From an uncultured Parachlamydiaceae bacterium (GTDB lineage Bacteria > Chlamydiota > Chlamydiia > Chlamydiales > Parachlamydiaceae), in NCBI GenBank assembly GCA_963742415.1, contig CAVULX010000004.1, positions 1,216,001 to 1,280,000 on the forward strand: a DNA stretch of 64,000 nucleotides, given 5' to 3'. The position numbers were made by a program, and so were the translations under genes. The notes below the pieces were generated by a model. The model searched no databases. It worked only from the letters and a program-made list of their open reading frames with translations, and was not told the DNA's origin. Positions 49,292 to 60,127 of the stretch are shown here, in pieces (within the stretch, counting starts at the first letter, position 1; each line of letters opens with the position of its first letter).

Positions 49292-51544
49292 ATGTTATTC
49301 GACATAGAAATGATTCGAAACTTTTACCGTTCCCTCCCCGAAAAGTTAAAGCAGGCACGCGCCTTAGTCAAGCGCCCTTTAACGCTCACGGAAAAAATTT
49401 TATATACCCATCTCGCCTCGCCCTTAGCATCCCCGGCAATCAGGGGTAAATCCTATGTGGATTTCAATCCCGACCGGGTCTCCATGCAGGACGCCACCGC
49501 TCAAATGGCTTTGCTGCAATTTGCGACCGCCGGGAAAAAGCGAACGGCTGTCCCCTCAACCGTGCATTGCGACCATCTCATTCAGGCCGAAACAGGGGCT
49601 AAAGAGGATTTGGACCGGGCCACCCATGAAAGCAAAGAAGTTTTCGACTTCCTTCAAAGCATTTCAAATAAATTTGGGATAGGCTTCTGGAAGCCCGGGG
49701 CAGGGATCATCCATCAAGTCGTTTTGGAAAATTATGCTTTCCCGGGTGGAATGATGATCGGCACCGACTCCCACACCCCCAATGGAGGTGGATTGTGCAT
49801 GATCGCCGTAGGTGTCGGAGGGGCCGACGCTGTGGATGTCATGGCCGGCATGCCCTGGGAGCTCAAATTTCCCCGCATCATCGGGGTCAAGTTGACTGGG
49901 AAAATGGAGGGGTGGACCTCAGCTAAAGACGTCATTTTAAAACTGTCCGGCATTCTCACTGTGAAAGGGGGTACAGGTTCCATCATCGAATATTTCGGAG
50001 AAGGTACCCATTCCATTTCATGCACAGGCAAAGCCACCATTTGCAATATGGGAGCCGAAATCGGGGCCACCACCTCAATCTTTCCCTACGATTCCCGCAT
50101 GTTCGATTATCTTAAAGCTACAGGGCGCGAAGATGTGGCCCAATTAGCTAATGAACTCTCTTCTTCGTTAACGGCTGATCCTGAAATCGAGCAGCAGCCC
50201 GACCAATATTTTGATCAAATTATCCATATCGATCTAAGTGAACTGGAACCTCACGTCAATGGACCCTACACACCCGATCGCGCATGGAAAATCTCTGAAT
50301 TAGGGGAAGCGGTCCGTAAGAACGGATATCCTGAAAAAATTTCAGTAGCCCTCATCGGATCCTGCACAAATTCAAGTTATGAAGATATCGAACGGGCCAC
50401 TAGCATCGCCCACCAAGCCTTGAAGCATGGGTTAAAAGCAAAATGCCCTCTCACCATCACTCCGGGATCGGAACAGATCCGCGCCACCATCGAACGGGAT
50501 GGCCTTTTAAAAGCCCTTCAAGACATCGGCGGGCTCGTCCTTGCCAATGCTTGCGGCCCTTGCATCGGACAATGGAAACGGCACGATGTTAACTTCGGAG
50601 AAAAAAATTCCATTTTAACCTCTTACAACCGTAACTTTTCCGGCAGGAACGATGCAAACCCGGGAACGCATTCTTTCGTAGCAAGCCCTGAAATCGTCAT
50701 TGCTTTAGCTTTGTCGGGCAAACTTACATTCAACCCCATGACAGATACACTGATTAATGAAGAAGGATTGCCAGTCAAGCTTCAGCCGCCTACCGGTGAA
50801 GAGCTCCCCCGTAACGGCTTTGACCAAGGGGATAGCGGTTATATCGCCCCCGCAAAAGATGGGTCTTTAGTCGAGATCAAAGTAGACCCCCAAAGCACCC
50901 GCTTACAATTGTTAGAAGCTTTTCCCTCTTGGCAAGGAAAAGATTTAACAGGATTACGCGTTCTCGCCAAGATAGGGGGAAAATGCACAACAGATCATAT
51001 TTCCCCGGCAGGAAAGTGGCTCAAATATCGAGGACATTTGGATAACATATCAGATAATCTCTTAACCGGAGCTGTCAACGCTTTTAGGGAAGAGATAGGC
51101 AAGGGAAAAAATATGCTAACCGGAGATGTGGAACCTTTCCCGAAAGTTGCCCGGGATTACAAGAAACAGGGTATTGGGTGGGTGATTATCGGAGATGAAA
51201 ACTATGGGGAGGGTTCTTCCCGCGAACATGCTGCCATGGAGCCTAGGCATCTCGGAGGAGTGGCTGTGATCACAAAGAGTTTTGCCCGCATCCATGAAAC
51301 TAATTTAAAAAAGCAAGGGGCACTGGCTTTGACATTTGCCAACCCCTCCGATTATGACAAAATTCGGGAAGATGATCTTCTTTCCATCGAGGGTTTGACC
51401 TCTTTTGCACCGGGGGCCCCTGTTACACTCAAAGTGGAGCATTCTGATCACTCTGTTGAACTTATTCCATTGAACCACTCCTACAACGAACATCAAATTA
51501 AATGGTTCCAAGCGGGCAGCGCTTTGAATCTCCTTCGCCATTAA
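49292..51544 (+). CDS. acnA: Aconitate hydratase (mitochondrial-type AcnA)
   Basis: [47 protein letters not shown] and [12 protein letters not shown] motifs. Confidence 0.95.
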   Translation: MLFDIEMIRNFYRSLPEKLKQARALVKRPLTLTEKILYTHLASPLASPAIRGKSYVDFNPDRVSMQDATAQMALLQFATAGKKRTAVPSTVHCDHLIQAETGAKEDLDRATHESKEVFDFLQSISNKFGIGFWKPGAGIIHQVVLENYAFPGGMMIGTDSHTPNGGGLCMIAVGVGGADAVDVMAGMPWELKFPRIIGVKLTGKMEGWTSAKDVILKLSGILTVKGGTGSIIEYFGEGTHSISCTGKATICNMGAEIGATTSIFPYDSRMFDYLKATGREDVAQLANELSSSLTADPEIEQQPDQYFDQIIHIDLSELEPHVNGPYTPDRAWKISELGEAVRKNGYPEKISVALIGSCTNSSYEDIERATSIAHQALKHGLKAKCPLTITPGSEQIRATIERDGLLKALQDIGGLVLANACGPCIGQWKRHDVNFGEKNSILTSYNRNFSGRNDANPGTHSFVASPEIVIALALSGKLTFNPMTDTLINEEGLPVKLQPPTGEELPRNGFDQGDSGYIAPAKDGSLVEIKVDPQSTRLQLLEAFPSWQGKDLTGLRVLAKIGGKCTTDHISPAGKWLKYRGHLDNISDNLLTGAVNAFREEIGKGKNMLTGDVEPFPKVARDYKKQGIGWVIIGDENYGEGSSREHAAMEPRHLGGVAVITKSFARIHETNLKKQGALALTFANPSDYDKIREDDLLSIEGLTSFAPGAPVTLKVEHSDHSVELIPLNHSYNEHQIKWFQAGSALNLLRH

Positions 51545-52056
51545 TCTTCGTTTCGGTTTATTTTTCTTGCGACAACTTTAAACGGAAAAGCCATTTTTTC
51601 TAAAAAATGGGGAACTAAACTAGCGGCAGCAAAAGCGCAGACTGTCAAAGTCATAGCGTCCGAACGTGAAATGGGCGTTGTTATCATACCCGTTTTGAAG
51701 CTAGCACATTCAACACCATAAGCACACGCCCCGCTAAAAATAAAAGAAACAAGGAAACCGATTGTTCGATCCACTTCTTTTAAGTTTTTAATGCCTCTTG
51801 TACCCCCACATCCGTTGACCATCAAACTTATTGCCATCGTAAAGAATAAAGCATGAAGAGGGCTAACTCTCGGCAAAATGTTAAAATGGGAATTTTTTAA
51901 AGGGATGCTTTTATTGATAGTTTGACCCTGTTCTCCAAGAATTGGGAGGGCTGCAACCATAACTTTGGAAACATACTTCACGTAAATGAAACCGGAAACA
52001 CAAGAACCAAAAAAACTCATCGCTTTTTTTGTGGTCGAGAATGTCGTGTTTTGCAT
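51541..52056 (-). CDS. Hypothetical multi-pass membrane protein
   Basis: 171 aa with about four hydrophobic segments. Confidence 0.6.
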   Translation of the reverse strand: MQNTTFSTTKKAMSFFGSCVSGFIYVKYVSKVMVAALPILGEQGQTINKSIPLKNSHFNILPRVSPLHALFFTMAISLMVNGCGGTRGIKNLKEVDRTIGFLVSFIFSGACAYGVECASFKTGMITTPISRSDAMTLTVCAFAAASLVPHFLEKMAFPFKVVARKINRNED

Positions 52057-52189
52057 TTCTTGGCTTTATTAAGTTATGAGTTTTGAAACGTAGCTATATC
52101 CCTCAAAAATGTCAATTTTAAACTCCCAGTTTTAACCCATTCCAAGGGGCAAGGCATCAGGTTAAGAAAAACCATTAAATTTCTTAAAT

Positions 52190-52975
52190 AAATTCCCGAA
52201 GGGAATCTCGAGTTTGGACATTTCCAAATTGGTCTTTCTATCGCCGCTACCGCGGCTCCCTATTTATTGCACAGTTTCCCCACGTTTCAGCCTGCGCTTC
52301 GCGCATGGCTTTCACGCGGGGCTCCCCACTTACCTCCCTTCCGGGAGGTTTTGCCGCTATCAAGGACAACCGTTTGTTCAAGCCAAAGGCCAAGAATTTT
52401 CTTGGAGGTTGGGCATTTCTTGAAAAATTTATTTATATTAATACATCTCTGTCGCCGCTACCGCGGCTCCCTATTTATTGCACAGTTTCCCCACGTTTCA
52501 GCCTGCGCTTCGCGCATGGCTTTCACGCGGGGCTCCCCACTTACCTCCCTTCCGGGAGGTTTTGCCGCTATCAAGGACAACCGTTTGTTCAAGCCAAAGG
52601 CCAAGAATTTTCTTGGAGGTTGGGCATTTCTTGAAAAATTTATTTATATTATTACATCTCTGTCGCCGCTACCGCGGCTCCCTATTTATTGCACAGTTTC
52701 CCCACGTTCCAGCCTGCGCTTCGCGCATGGCTTTCACGCGGGGCTCCCCACTTACCTCCCTTCCGGGAGGTTCGAGAGGGCTCTTTTATCCAATTCAAAT
52801 AATAAGAACATTTTTACAACTCTACGGTAAATATCAATACCTCCCGGAAGGGAGGTAAGTGGGGAGCCCCGCGTGAAAGCCATGCGCGAAGCGCAGGCTG
52901 GAACGTGGGGAAACTGTGCAATAAATAGGGAGCCGCGGTAGCGGCGACAGATCTCTGTGAGAGGTTTTCAAATTT
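52190..52975. repeat. Composite element: family C shell, 211-bp tandem units (two full, one partial) and one inverted arm
   Basis: TCGCCGCTACCGCGGCTCCC at 52241, 52452 and 52663; inverted copy at ~52839-52950. Confidence 0.92.
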
Positions 52976-53197
52976 AAACTTTACCCGAGGAAATAATGAC
53001 CTTAAGAAAAGCAGTTGAGCCAATAAACAATGCCTTATTGCAACCGCAAGGTCCTATAGCTTTTAAGTAAATGAAGGGATTTAAACTCGGAGGTTCAGGG
53101 TGGCAAAGAAGCAAAAAGATGATTAATAAATTTTTTTATAGAATTTTAATATTATTTGTGCTAAACTATAATAAATTAATTTAATTTATGGTGCATT

Positions 53198-53876
53198 ATG
53201 AAGATTTGGTTAGAAATAAACAATTTGATAGGAATAAAATATAATGACTTAGATAGCTTACGCAAAGCTATAATAAATCAACCTTGGCATAAATTCAATA
53301 AAGCCCACGTTGTAAAATTATCAGCAGAAGATGTAGATACAAAAATTGCCATTGTAACTTTCAATATATTTGAAAGATTTATAAATTATTTGTATAAAGA
53401 CAACAATTTTTATTTGCTCAGTTTACGTACCGCGTTTCCAACATATAATATTGAGATAATCGAAAATAATAATGTGGCTGATTTTTTTAGAGAATTTTAT
53501 AAGGAACAAATAGACAAAGTTGACCAAATAGACAAAGAAAAAAACGAAATAAAAGAAGAAGCACCACAAATCAGAAAAATCTCAAAAGTTAATGATGCGG
53601 AAGGCTGTTCGGGAACCTATACAACAAATAAGACCGAAGGTCAATCTACTCAGCACAAAAATGAAGAAGTCCCTCAAAGCTGCAAAGACAGCACTGAAGT
53701 CTAAAGTACTTGAACAACAAAAAACATTCAATAACCCTATATGTAGAGATAAAAATACAACCTATATGGCTCGTATTCGAGCAACTCTGCTATCATCGAT
53801 CGATGATCCTGAAATTTGGAACAAGTCGATGCTTAATAATTTCCCACATTTAATGAGTCAAACTCGGAGGCTCTGA
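53198..53876 (+). pseudogene. AT-rich orphan split over two overlapping frames (53198-53704, 53592-53876); possible frameshifted gene
   Basis: Overlapping same-strand ORFs; the second runs into the convergent gene. Confidence 0.4.
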
Positions 53877-54279
53877 GTGAGGAAGAGGCATAACAGGGTT
53901 GGGATTGGAGCTTTATTTCTACTCCCCGCTCTTGTTTGATCGATTTATGGTGAAGATAGAGGCGGCGAAGACGGGAATCGTTATCAAATTCAAGCATAAA
54001 TTCCATCCACCCTTCCGTAAAATAAAAGGAAAAAAGGGTGCTATTTTTAAAAGTCTCCCTGCATTGGGCATGTTGAAAAGCTTCTTCCGCTTTGTTTCGC
54101 GGCATAAACTTGACTAATTGGGTAACTTTAAACGTAGGGGAGGTTAGGGTATTAACAAATTGCTCAAAAGTGATGTAGTTAGAAATTTCTAAACCTAGAG
54201 CTCGGGCAACATCTTCGGGTAATGAAACTGGGTATCTAAATCGGAGGAAGAAACGACACAATTGGTCAAATGCTTTCAT
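53833..54279 (-). CDS. Hypothetical protein
   Basis: 148-aa ORF with globular composition (FRYPVSLPEDVA, FYF.EGWMEF.LEFD). Confidence 0.75.
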   Translation of the reverse strand: MKAFDQLCRFFLRFRYPVSLPEDVARALGLEISNYITFEQFVNTLTSPTFKVTQLVKFMPRNKAEEAFQHAQCRETFKNSTLFSFYFTEGWMEFMLEFDNDSRLRRLYLHHKSIKQERGVEIKLQSQPCYASSSLRASEFDSLNVGNY

Positions 54280-54420
54280 AAGCCCTGCCTCATGTTGTGT
54301 AACCCGCTCTCTAACGGCGGGGATGTTATGTTCAATTCGGTTTTGATACTCTTATTAGTTCCAAGCCTAACACGCTCCTAAAAAAACCGTCAATAAAAAT
54401 TATCTTTTACCTGTTACATC

Positions 54421-55245
54421 CTATTTAACCGTTAGCGTATCCCAATACACCTTCATTTCCTCGGATAAATAGGGGCGGATAGTCCCATAATCTGAATGCG
54501 TATGTGGGTATTCCGTATCGATAAAAGAAAACTTTCCATTTTTACTTAAGCAAATATTATCCGGTCGATAGCTCGATCCCCCTGCTAAAGTTATAATAGA
54601 ATGAAGCTCTCGCAAATGTTTTTTCCTGATTTGAGTGCGCCATGCGAATTTAGATTCCCTCTCTGAACAGATATTCATATCTTCCACGATCAAAATGACA
54701 GGTTGCTGTTCATGCCCCTTCGCCGAGGGTGAAGAATCTGGAGATAACAAATAAAGCCATTTACCTGGAACTTGATAATATTCCGACCGAACCTTTTTAA
54801 TCGCATTTCTAACCCGATCAGCCCCTCGACAACGATTGACAAGCCATTCCCAGCCGGGTTTTCCCTGCTTTTTGCGCTCTTCAGAATCGAGATAAATTTT
54901 CATTAAATATCCCTCTAACAAAGGATGCTTGACAACCCGAACATAGCTGCGCGGCTTTACGTACAAGGTCTTAAACCCTGCGGCTGCGAGTGTTTCCGAG
55001 TTTCTGGTTGGGCGCTGATTTAAAAATAAGCTGTCAAGGATCTTCTTTGTTGGGTGGGATGGGGGGAGAAGATAAGGCTTAATCTTTTTTCTGATGCTAC
55101 CATCAAGAAACTGACATTGTGCACATTTTTCCAAAGAGAGATGGCTCTCTTGGTCAACAAAAGCAGCTCCCCTTTCCATCCCGCATAGGGCGAGAACAAG
55201 ATAAAAAAAGAAAATCATTTTAAAGGATTGAACTTTCATACACAC
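54421..55245 (-). CDS. Exported protein with kinase-like motifs
   Basis: Signal peptide; YLMKIY, ILIVEDM, RPDNI and FIDTE. Confidence 0.65.
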   Translation of the reverse strand: MCMKVQSFKMIFFFYLVLALCGMERGAAFVDQESHLSLEKCAQCQFLDGSIRKKIKPYLLPPSHPTKKILDSLFLNQRPTRNSETLAAAGFKTLYVKPRSYVRVVKHPLLEGYLMKIYLDSEERKKQGKPGWEWLVNRCRGADRVRNAIKKVRSEYYQVPGKWLYLLSPDSSPSAKGHEQQPVILIVEDMNICSERESKFAWRTQIRKKHLRELHSIITLAGGSSYRPDNICLSKNGKFSFIDTEYPHTHSDYGTIRPYLSEEMKVYWDTLTVK

Positions 55246-55307
55246 GTCCTTACAATTATATTAAATACTGTCAAAAATCTAAATCGTTTAGAAAACTAGG
55301 AATCCTC

Positions 55308-56507
55308 TTGGCTAATACCGAAAAAGCTCTCCAACTATTCTTACAGCGCAATGTCAAAACGTTGCGCCCTTTTCAAGAAATTCAATTGAGGTTTTGCTCC
55401 CATTTTTCGGAAGTCTTTCTCTCTCATCCACAAATAAAACAATATCCCGAGTATGTCAAGCTTGCTTTGTGGTTGAAACCTTCAAATCTTGAGGAGCTTA
55501 AAAAAGACTTCCAATGTTATGAAAGACCCAATCTTTTACTTGTCCCCCGCGGCACTGCCTTTCATCTCATCATGCACGATACCGATATCCTATTCATCTA
55601 TGCTTGGATTCTTTCGCTGTTAGTAGGAAATGCAAATATCATTTGTGTCCCTCCCAAACTTCCATCGGGCTTAAAATTGCTTGTTGATGAAATTCAACGG
55701 ATCTCAAACCACCCTACCCATCCTTTAATACAAGAAACAAATTGCCTGATCGAATGCAGTGACGATGAAAAAATGGCGGCATCTATTTCTCAAGCGGCCG
55801 ATATAAGAATTTTGTGGGGGGAAGAGGCGGAACTTTTGCAAATTCAAAGGCAATATCCATTGCCCAATTTAGCTAAAGAAATCCCCTTTCCAGATCGTTA
55901 TTCTTATGCCCTCATCGACGCTTCATCTTATTTAAATGGGGATGAGGATGAAAAGAAACTTCTCGCTCAAGAATTTTACTTGGATGCTTACACTTACGAC
56001 CAAAAAGCCGCCCCTTCTCCCCGTGTACTCTTTTGGTGTGGCAGTGAAAACGAGGTTTTTCAGGCCAGTGAACTTTTTTATAAAAACCTCCAAACAACTC
56101 TTCTTGAAAAAAAGTTTTTTCTTCCTTTAAATCTAGCCCTTCAAAAAGAGACGTACATTTACAATCAGGCTTTAAAGATCCCCATCAAAAAAATTAAGAG
56201 ATTGAGCAATGAGTTGACTGTAATCGAATTGGAAAAATGGGATCCATCTTGCCGTGCTCACCAAGGAGGAGGCCTTTTCTACCATTTGCGTCTGAATATG
56301 TGGCAAGAAATATGTGACTTCGTCATTAATAAAGACCAAACATTGACCTATTATGGGTTGGATATCCATACTGTCCAACAATTGGCATCTCTATTAAATG
56401 GCAAAGGGATCGATCGGATTGTCCCTTGCGGGCAGGCCTTGAATTTCGATTACTTTTGGGATGGATATAACCTTTTGCTGGAATTGACCAAAAATGTGAG
56501 ATATTAA
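55308..56507 (+). CDS. LuxC-like acyl-CoA reductase family protein (degenerate active site)
   Basis: PRG..FH, SLLVGNANI, AD.RILWG, FPDRYS, D.Y.YDQ.A.SPR, QTLTYYG and GIDRIVP.GQAL.F...WDGY motifs. Confidence 0.8.
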   Translation: MANTEKALQLFLQRNVKTLRPFQEIQLRFCSHFSEVFLSHPQIKQYPEYVKLALWLKPSNLEELKKDFQCYERPNLLLVPRGTAFHLIMHDTDILFIYAWILSLLVGNANIICVPPKLPSGLKLLVDEIQRISNHPTHPLIQETNCLIECSDDEKMAASISQAADIRILWGEEAELLQIQRQYPLPNLAKEIPFPDRYSYALIDASSYLNGDEDEKKLLAQEFYLDAYTYDQKAAPSPRVLFWCGSENEVFQASELFYKNLQTTLLEKKFFLPLNLALQKETYIYNQALKIPIKKIKRLSNELTVIELEKWDPSCRAHQGGGLFYHLRLNMWQEICDFVINKDQTLTYYGLDIHTVQQLASLLNGKGIDRIVPCGQALNFDYFWDGYNLLLELTKNVRY

Positions 56508-56525
56508 ACTTACACACACAAACTT

Positions 56526-57494
56526 ATGCATAAATATGGGATTGGAATCGATATCGGCGGCACAAAAATCGAAGCAGCCCTCATAGACAAAAATGGAAAG
56601 ATAATCCAACGGAAAAAAATAGCCTCCCGTGTCTCTGAGGGATATTTACGCATCCTTAAAGATATCGTCGAGCTTGTCAAAGCGCTTCAGGCTTCTACAA
56701 AGATCTCTTTTTGCCCTGTTGGCGTTGGAATGGCCGGACAAATAAAGGCGGATACGGGCGGAGTCGCCTTTGCCCCCAATTTAGGTTGGCACAACGTCCC
56801 TTTGCAAAGCGATCTTTCAGACGCGCTTCAACTTCCCGTAATTGTCACCAATGATGTTCGCGCAGCCGCCTGGGGCGAATGGTTATATGGAGCCGGTCAA
56901 GGGTTTCAAGACCTTCTTTGCCTCTTTATTGGAACAGGAATTGGAAGCGGCATCATTGTAAATGGTCAAATGATTTGCGGAGCTAACAATGCCGCGGGAG
57001 AATTGGGGCATACAACGTTGATTCTAAATGGGCCCAAATGCACATGTGGAAACTTCGGATGCCTGGAGACTGCAGCTGCCGGGTGGGCCATCGCCAAAAT
57101 AGCAAAATCGGAAATAAAAGAAAAGACGCAGACAGCAAGCACGATCCTTCGAGAAGCCGAGGGGCAATTGGAAAACATTACGGCACAACATGTGGTCAAG
57201 GCAGCCATCAATGGGGATTCGATGGCTCAAAAAATCATCCAAGGAGCTTCAGATGCTCTTGCAGCGGGATGTATCAGCTTTGTCAATGCTTTTAATCCCA
57301 GCCGCCTCATCATCGGCGGAGGATTGGGTTTAGCTATACCTGGCCTTTTGGAACACATCGAGAAAGAGGTGAAGAGCAAAGCGCTGCAAGCAGCTACGCA
57401 GCATTTAACTATCGTTCCTGCAAGCCTCAAAAATGATGCCGGCCTCGTAGGAGCCGCTAGCTATGCTCTAGACAAGTTATTGCAAGAGGATTAA
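56526..57494 (+). CDS. glk: ROK family glucokinase
   Basis: GIDIGGTK, NDVRAAAWGE, GTGIGSG, GELGH and CTCGNFGCLE motifs. Confidence 0.88.
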   Translation: MHKYGIGIDIGGTKIEAALIDKNGKIIQRKKIASRVSEGYLRILKDIVELVKALQASTKISFCPVGVGMAGQIKADTGGVAFAPNLGWHNVPLQSDLSDALQLPVIVTNDVRAAAWGEWLYGAGQGFQDLLCLFIGTGIGSGIIVNGQMICGANNAAGELGHTTLILNGPKCTCGNFGCLETAAAGWAIAKIAKSEIKEKTQTASTILREAEGQLENITAQHVVKAAINGDSMAQKIIQGASDALAAGCISFVNAFNPSRLIIGGGLGLAIPGLLEHIEKEVKSKALQAATQHLTIVPASLKNDAGLVGAASYALDKLLQED

Positions 57495-57723
57495 ACGCAA
57501 AAGCGCAAAGACGCAAAGGAACAGGATAAGCAAGATCGCCTTCGGCGGCAGGATAAGCAGGATATTGAATAAAAAGGTTCAGGATGTGGGAATATAATTA
57601 AGTTTAAACGATTTTAAAAGAATAATTTTTTTTCTTTTATCCTGCCTATCCTGCCGCCGAAGGCGATCTTGCTTATCCTGTTCCTTTGCGGTCTTTGCGC
57701 CTTTGCACCTTTGCGTTTAATCC
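57488..57723. repeat. Family B palindromic element with ACGCAAAG outer arms, between convergent genes
   Basis: GGATTAAACGCAAA...CAGGATA / TATCCTG...TTTGCGTTTAATCC. Confidence 0.9.
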
Positions 57724-57748
57724 TTTTCCAATAGCGCCAAGGGCGAGA

Positions 57749-58465
57749 TTATTTAGCATTAAAATTAACAAATTGCATCAGCGGACTACACGTCGATCGC
57801 CCCCCTCCAGAATAAGCATCGACGACAACACCCGATTCTAAAAGATAGGCTTTTTCCAGAAGTTGAGAAGCAAAAGACATATCTTGCGTGGAAATCACAA
57901 CCCCTTTTCCCCTCTTGCACAAATCGCGTAAAATTAAGGCTAAGCTTTGCGTATTTTGAGGATCTAAAGCCGATGTCGGTTCATCGAAAAGCAACATCTG
58001 CGGATCCAAGGCTAAAGCACGGGCAATGGCGACACGCTGCTGCTGCCCGCCCGACAATTCATTCGGGTAAGCATCTCCATAAGAATCCATTCCCAACAAC
58101 TTAAGGACCTCCATCGCCTTGCTTCTGGCCTTATCAAACTTTTCCCCATACACTACTTTCAAAGGCTGCGCACAATTGTCTTGAGCTGTCAAATGGGGAA
58201 ATAATGCATAAGATTGTGGAATATAACTCACCAAGTGGGCCCTTTCCGGAGAAGACAAGCCTTTTAATGATCTCCCTTCATACTCAACAGCTCCTTCGTA
58301 ATCCCCTTCAAGCTGTGCTAGACATCGCAACAGGGAACTTTTTCCCGCTCCACTTTTTCCTAATAATAGAGTGATTTCCCCTCGAGGTACTTCAATTGAT
58401 ATATTCTGAAGGATTTCTTTCCTCTTAGTCCCCTTTGATAAATACAAATTTTTAGTTTTTAACAT
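57749..58465 (-). CDS. Polar amino-acid ABC transporter ATPase
   Basis: GKSGAGKS, LSGGQQQRVAIARAL and FDEPTSALDP motifs. Confidence 0.92.
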   Translation of the reverse strand: MLKTKNLYLSKGTKRKEILQNISIEVPRGEITLLLGKSGAGKSSLLRCLAQLEGDYEGAVEYEGRSLKGLSSPERAHLVSYIPQSYALFPHLTAQDNCAQPLKVVYGEKFDKARSKAMEVLKLLGMDSYGDAYPNELSGGQQQRVAIARALALDPQMLLFDEPTSALDPQNTQSLALILRDLCKRGKGVVISTQDMSFASQLLEKAYLLESGVVVDAYSGGGRSTCSPLMQFVNFNAK

Positions 58466-59123
58466 ACCGGAATCCTTTTTCTAGGTATTTTGAAAGATAA
58501 TTAAGGGCTCCTGAAATCCCCACATAAAAGAGCGCCACGGAAAGATAAACCACCAAGGGTTCCATTTCCCTAGAAACAATATTCATCCCCATTCTTGTTA
58601 GTTCCAAAAGTCCAATGGAGGAAAGGATGGCAGTGCTTTTCAACAGCGCATCCAGTTCATTGGTCAAGGCAGGCAAAACATTGCGCAACATTTGGGGAAA
58701 GATAATATGCCTGACACAATCCTTTGTGGAATAGCCTAGCGTCATGGCTGCTTCCCATTGATCAACAGGGATCGAATTGATTCCACAACGCACTACTTGC
58801 GCAACATAGCCTGAAGAGCAGATGCCCAACGCCAATACGGAAGCTGTAAAAGCTTCCATATGGATATTCAAAATATCGGGAATGACAAAGTAAGCAATGA
58901 GCAATTGCACATAAAAAGGGACCGCCCGCAGCACAAAAGTGATCCCCTCCAGGAAAGAAGAGAGCACGTTTATTCTTAGTCGATAGCATGTCAAAATCCC
59001 AAGGAGAGACCCAAGGCAAAGGCTAATGCATCCAGAAATTAACAAAATTTGCAACGTCATCCATGCCCCTTTCATCAGAAGGGGCATGGAACGGTAGACG
59101 AGGTCTAAATAGTTACTGTCCAC
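58452..59123 (-). CDS. Polar amino-acid ABC transporter permease (HisM/GlnP-type)
   Basis: R.VP..VQL, QWEAA.TLG, IIFPQ.LRNVLPAL.NE and LK.TAI motifs. Confidence 0.92.
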   Translation of the reverse strand: MDSNYLDLVYRSMPLLMKGAWMTLQILLISGCISLCLGSLLGILTCYRLRINVLSSFLEGITFVLRAVPFYVQLLIAYFVIPDILNIHMEAFTASVLALGICSSGYVAQVVRCGINSIPVDQWEAAMTLGYSTKDCVRHIIFPQMLRNVLPALTNELDALLKSTAILSSIGLLELTRMGMNIVSREMEPLVVYLSVALFYVGISGALNYLSKYLEKGFRYVKN

Positions 59124-59126
59124 TTG

Positions 59127-59897
59127 TTACCCTCCCGCTAAATTCCATTTTTTCTCCAGCTCTGCAATGACCCCTTCTTTACGCAGCTCATCGACAGCTT
59201 TCTTTACCAGAAGAATCAGCTTGCAGCTTTTTTTGTTGAGACAAACTCCATAGCCTAGAGATTGTTCTAAAGGGGGAAGAGGGGCTTCCATCACTTTTAG
59301 TTCAGGAAATTGCTGGGTTACAGTTGCAAGCAAAGAGGGATCGATCACCGTGGCAACCGATTTTCCATATTTGATTTCCATCATGGCATCCGTTACCTTG
59401 TCCACTTGCTTTAAGGCCAATCCCGGTACTTTCTGCAAAAAACTGTCTTGAAAAGAGCCGGCTTCAGCACAAATCACCATTTTGGGATTATTGGCCATCG
59501 ATTCCAGAGAAGTGACATTCTCAGGGATCTGTTTCCAAAAAAGCATCGGAAGTGAGGTCATTTTTCCCCCCTGATAATAGATCATCTCCATCTGCTTTTG
59601 TCGATCCTGCGTAATCGACATCCCCCAAATAAGGGCATCAATTTTTCCCTGCTTCAAAGCGAGAATCAAAGCGGGCATGCTGCCAAGATCTTTGAGGACC
59701 AAATCCCGATTGAGCTTTTTACTCAGCTCATTGGCAAAATCTATATCAAATCCCACATAGTCCCCCTTTTCATCTAGACTGACATAGGGAGCATAGGCGC
59801 TTGATGTTCCGACAACAAAATCTTCCGCAAACAGGGAAGAAAATAAACAGCTTCCAAAAAGGAGAGTAGAAATTGAATAAACAAAATAATTTTTCAT
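59127..59897 (-). CDS. Family 3 amino-acid ABC substrate-binding protein
   Basis: Signal peptide; VGTS..YAPY, GFDID, L.QGKID, MSIT.DR and L.KKW motifs; AAGGA RBS. Confidence 0.92.
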   Translation of the reverse strand: MKNYFVYSISTLLFGSCLFSSLFAEDFVVGTSSAYAPYVSLDEKGDYVGFDIDFANELSKKLNRDLVLKDLGSMPALILALKQGKIDALIWGMSITQDRQKQMEMIYYQGGKMTSLPMLFWKQIPENVTSLESMANNPKMVICAEAGSFQDSFLQKVPGLALKQVDKVTDAMMEIKYGKSVATVIDPSLLATVTQQFPELKVMEAPLPPLEQSLGYGVCLNKKSCKLILLVKKAVDELRKEGVIAELEKKWNLAGG

Positions 59898-59987
59898 GGT
59901 TTTTCCTTATAAATTTAAACTCGTTTAGCAAAAAAAAATTGCTAAGAAAATTAATAAAATCTAATAAACTAAAATATAACTTAGAAT

Positions 59988-60024
59988 TTGTAAGACTTTA
60001 GAGCGCTGCGCTTAAAGCTTACAA
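59988..60024 (-). promoter_or_regulatory. RNA hairpin immediately after the His leader stop codon (candidate attenuator structure)
   Basis: mRNA UUGUAAG CUUUA AGCG-CAG-CGCU C UAAAG U CUUACAA; second hairpin at 59925-59945. Confidence 0.6.
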
Positions 60025-60028
60025 TAGA

Positions 60029-60127
60029 TTATGAATGATGATGATGATGATGGAAGGAACGGAAAGAAAAAGCAAGATCAAGAGATAATTTTTGCTTATA
60101 ACTAAAATAACACATAATTTTACTCAT
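60029..60127 (-). CDS. His6 leader peptide (hisL-like), 32 aa
   Basis: MSKIMCYFSYKQKLSLDLAFSFRSFHHHHHHS*, GGGAGG RBS, 131 nt upstream of the SBP start. Confidence 0.75.
   Translation of the reverse strand: MSKIMCYFSYKQKLSLDLAFSFRSFHHHHHHS

Noticed and set aside
52241..52772. Possible CRISPR array
   Set aside because: Units are 211 bp with near-identical intervening sequence; no unique spacers and no cas genes.
55308..56507. Bioluminescence (lux) operon
   Set aside because: No luxAB, luxD or luxE nearby, and the catalytic Cys is missing.
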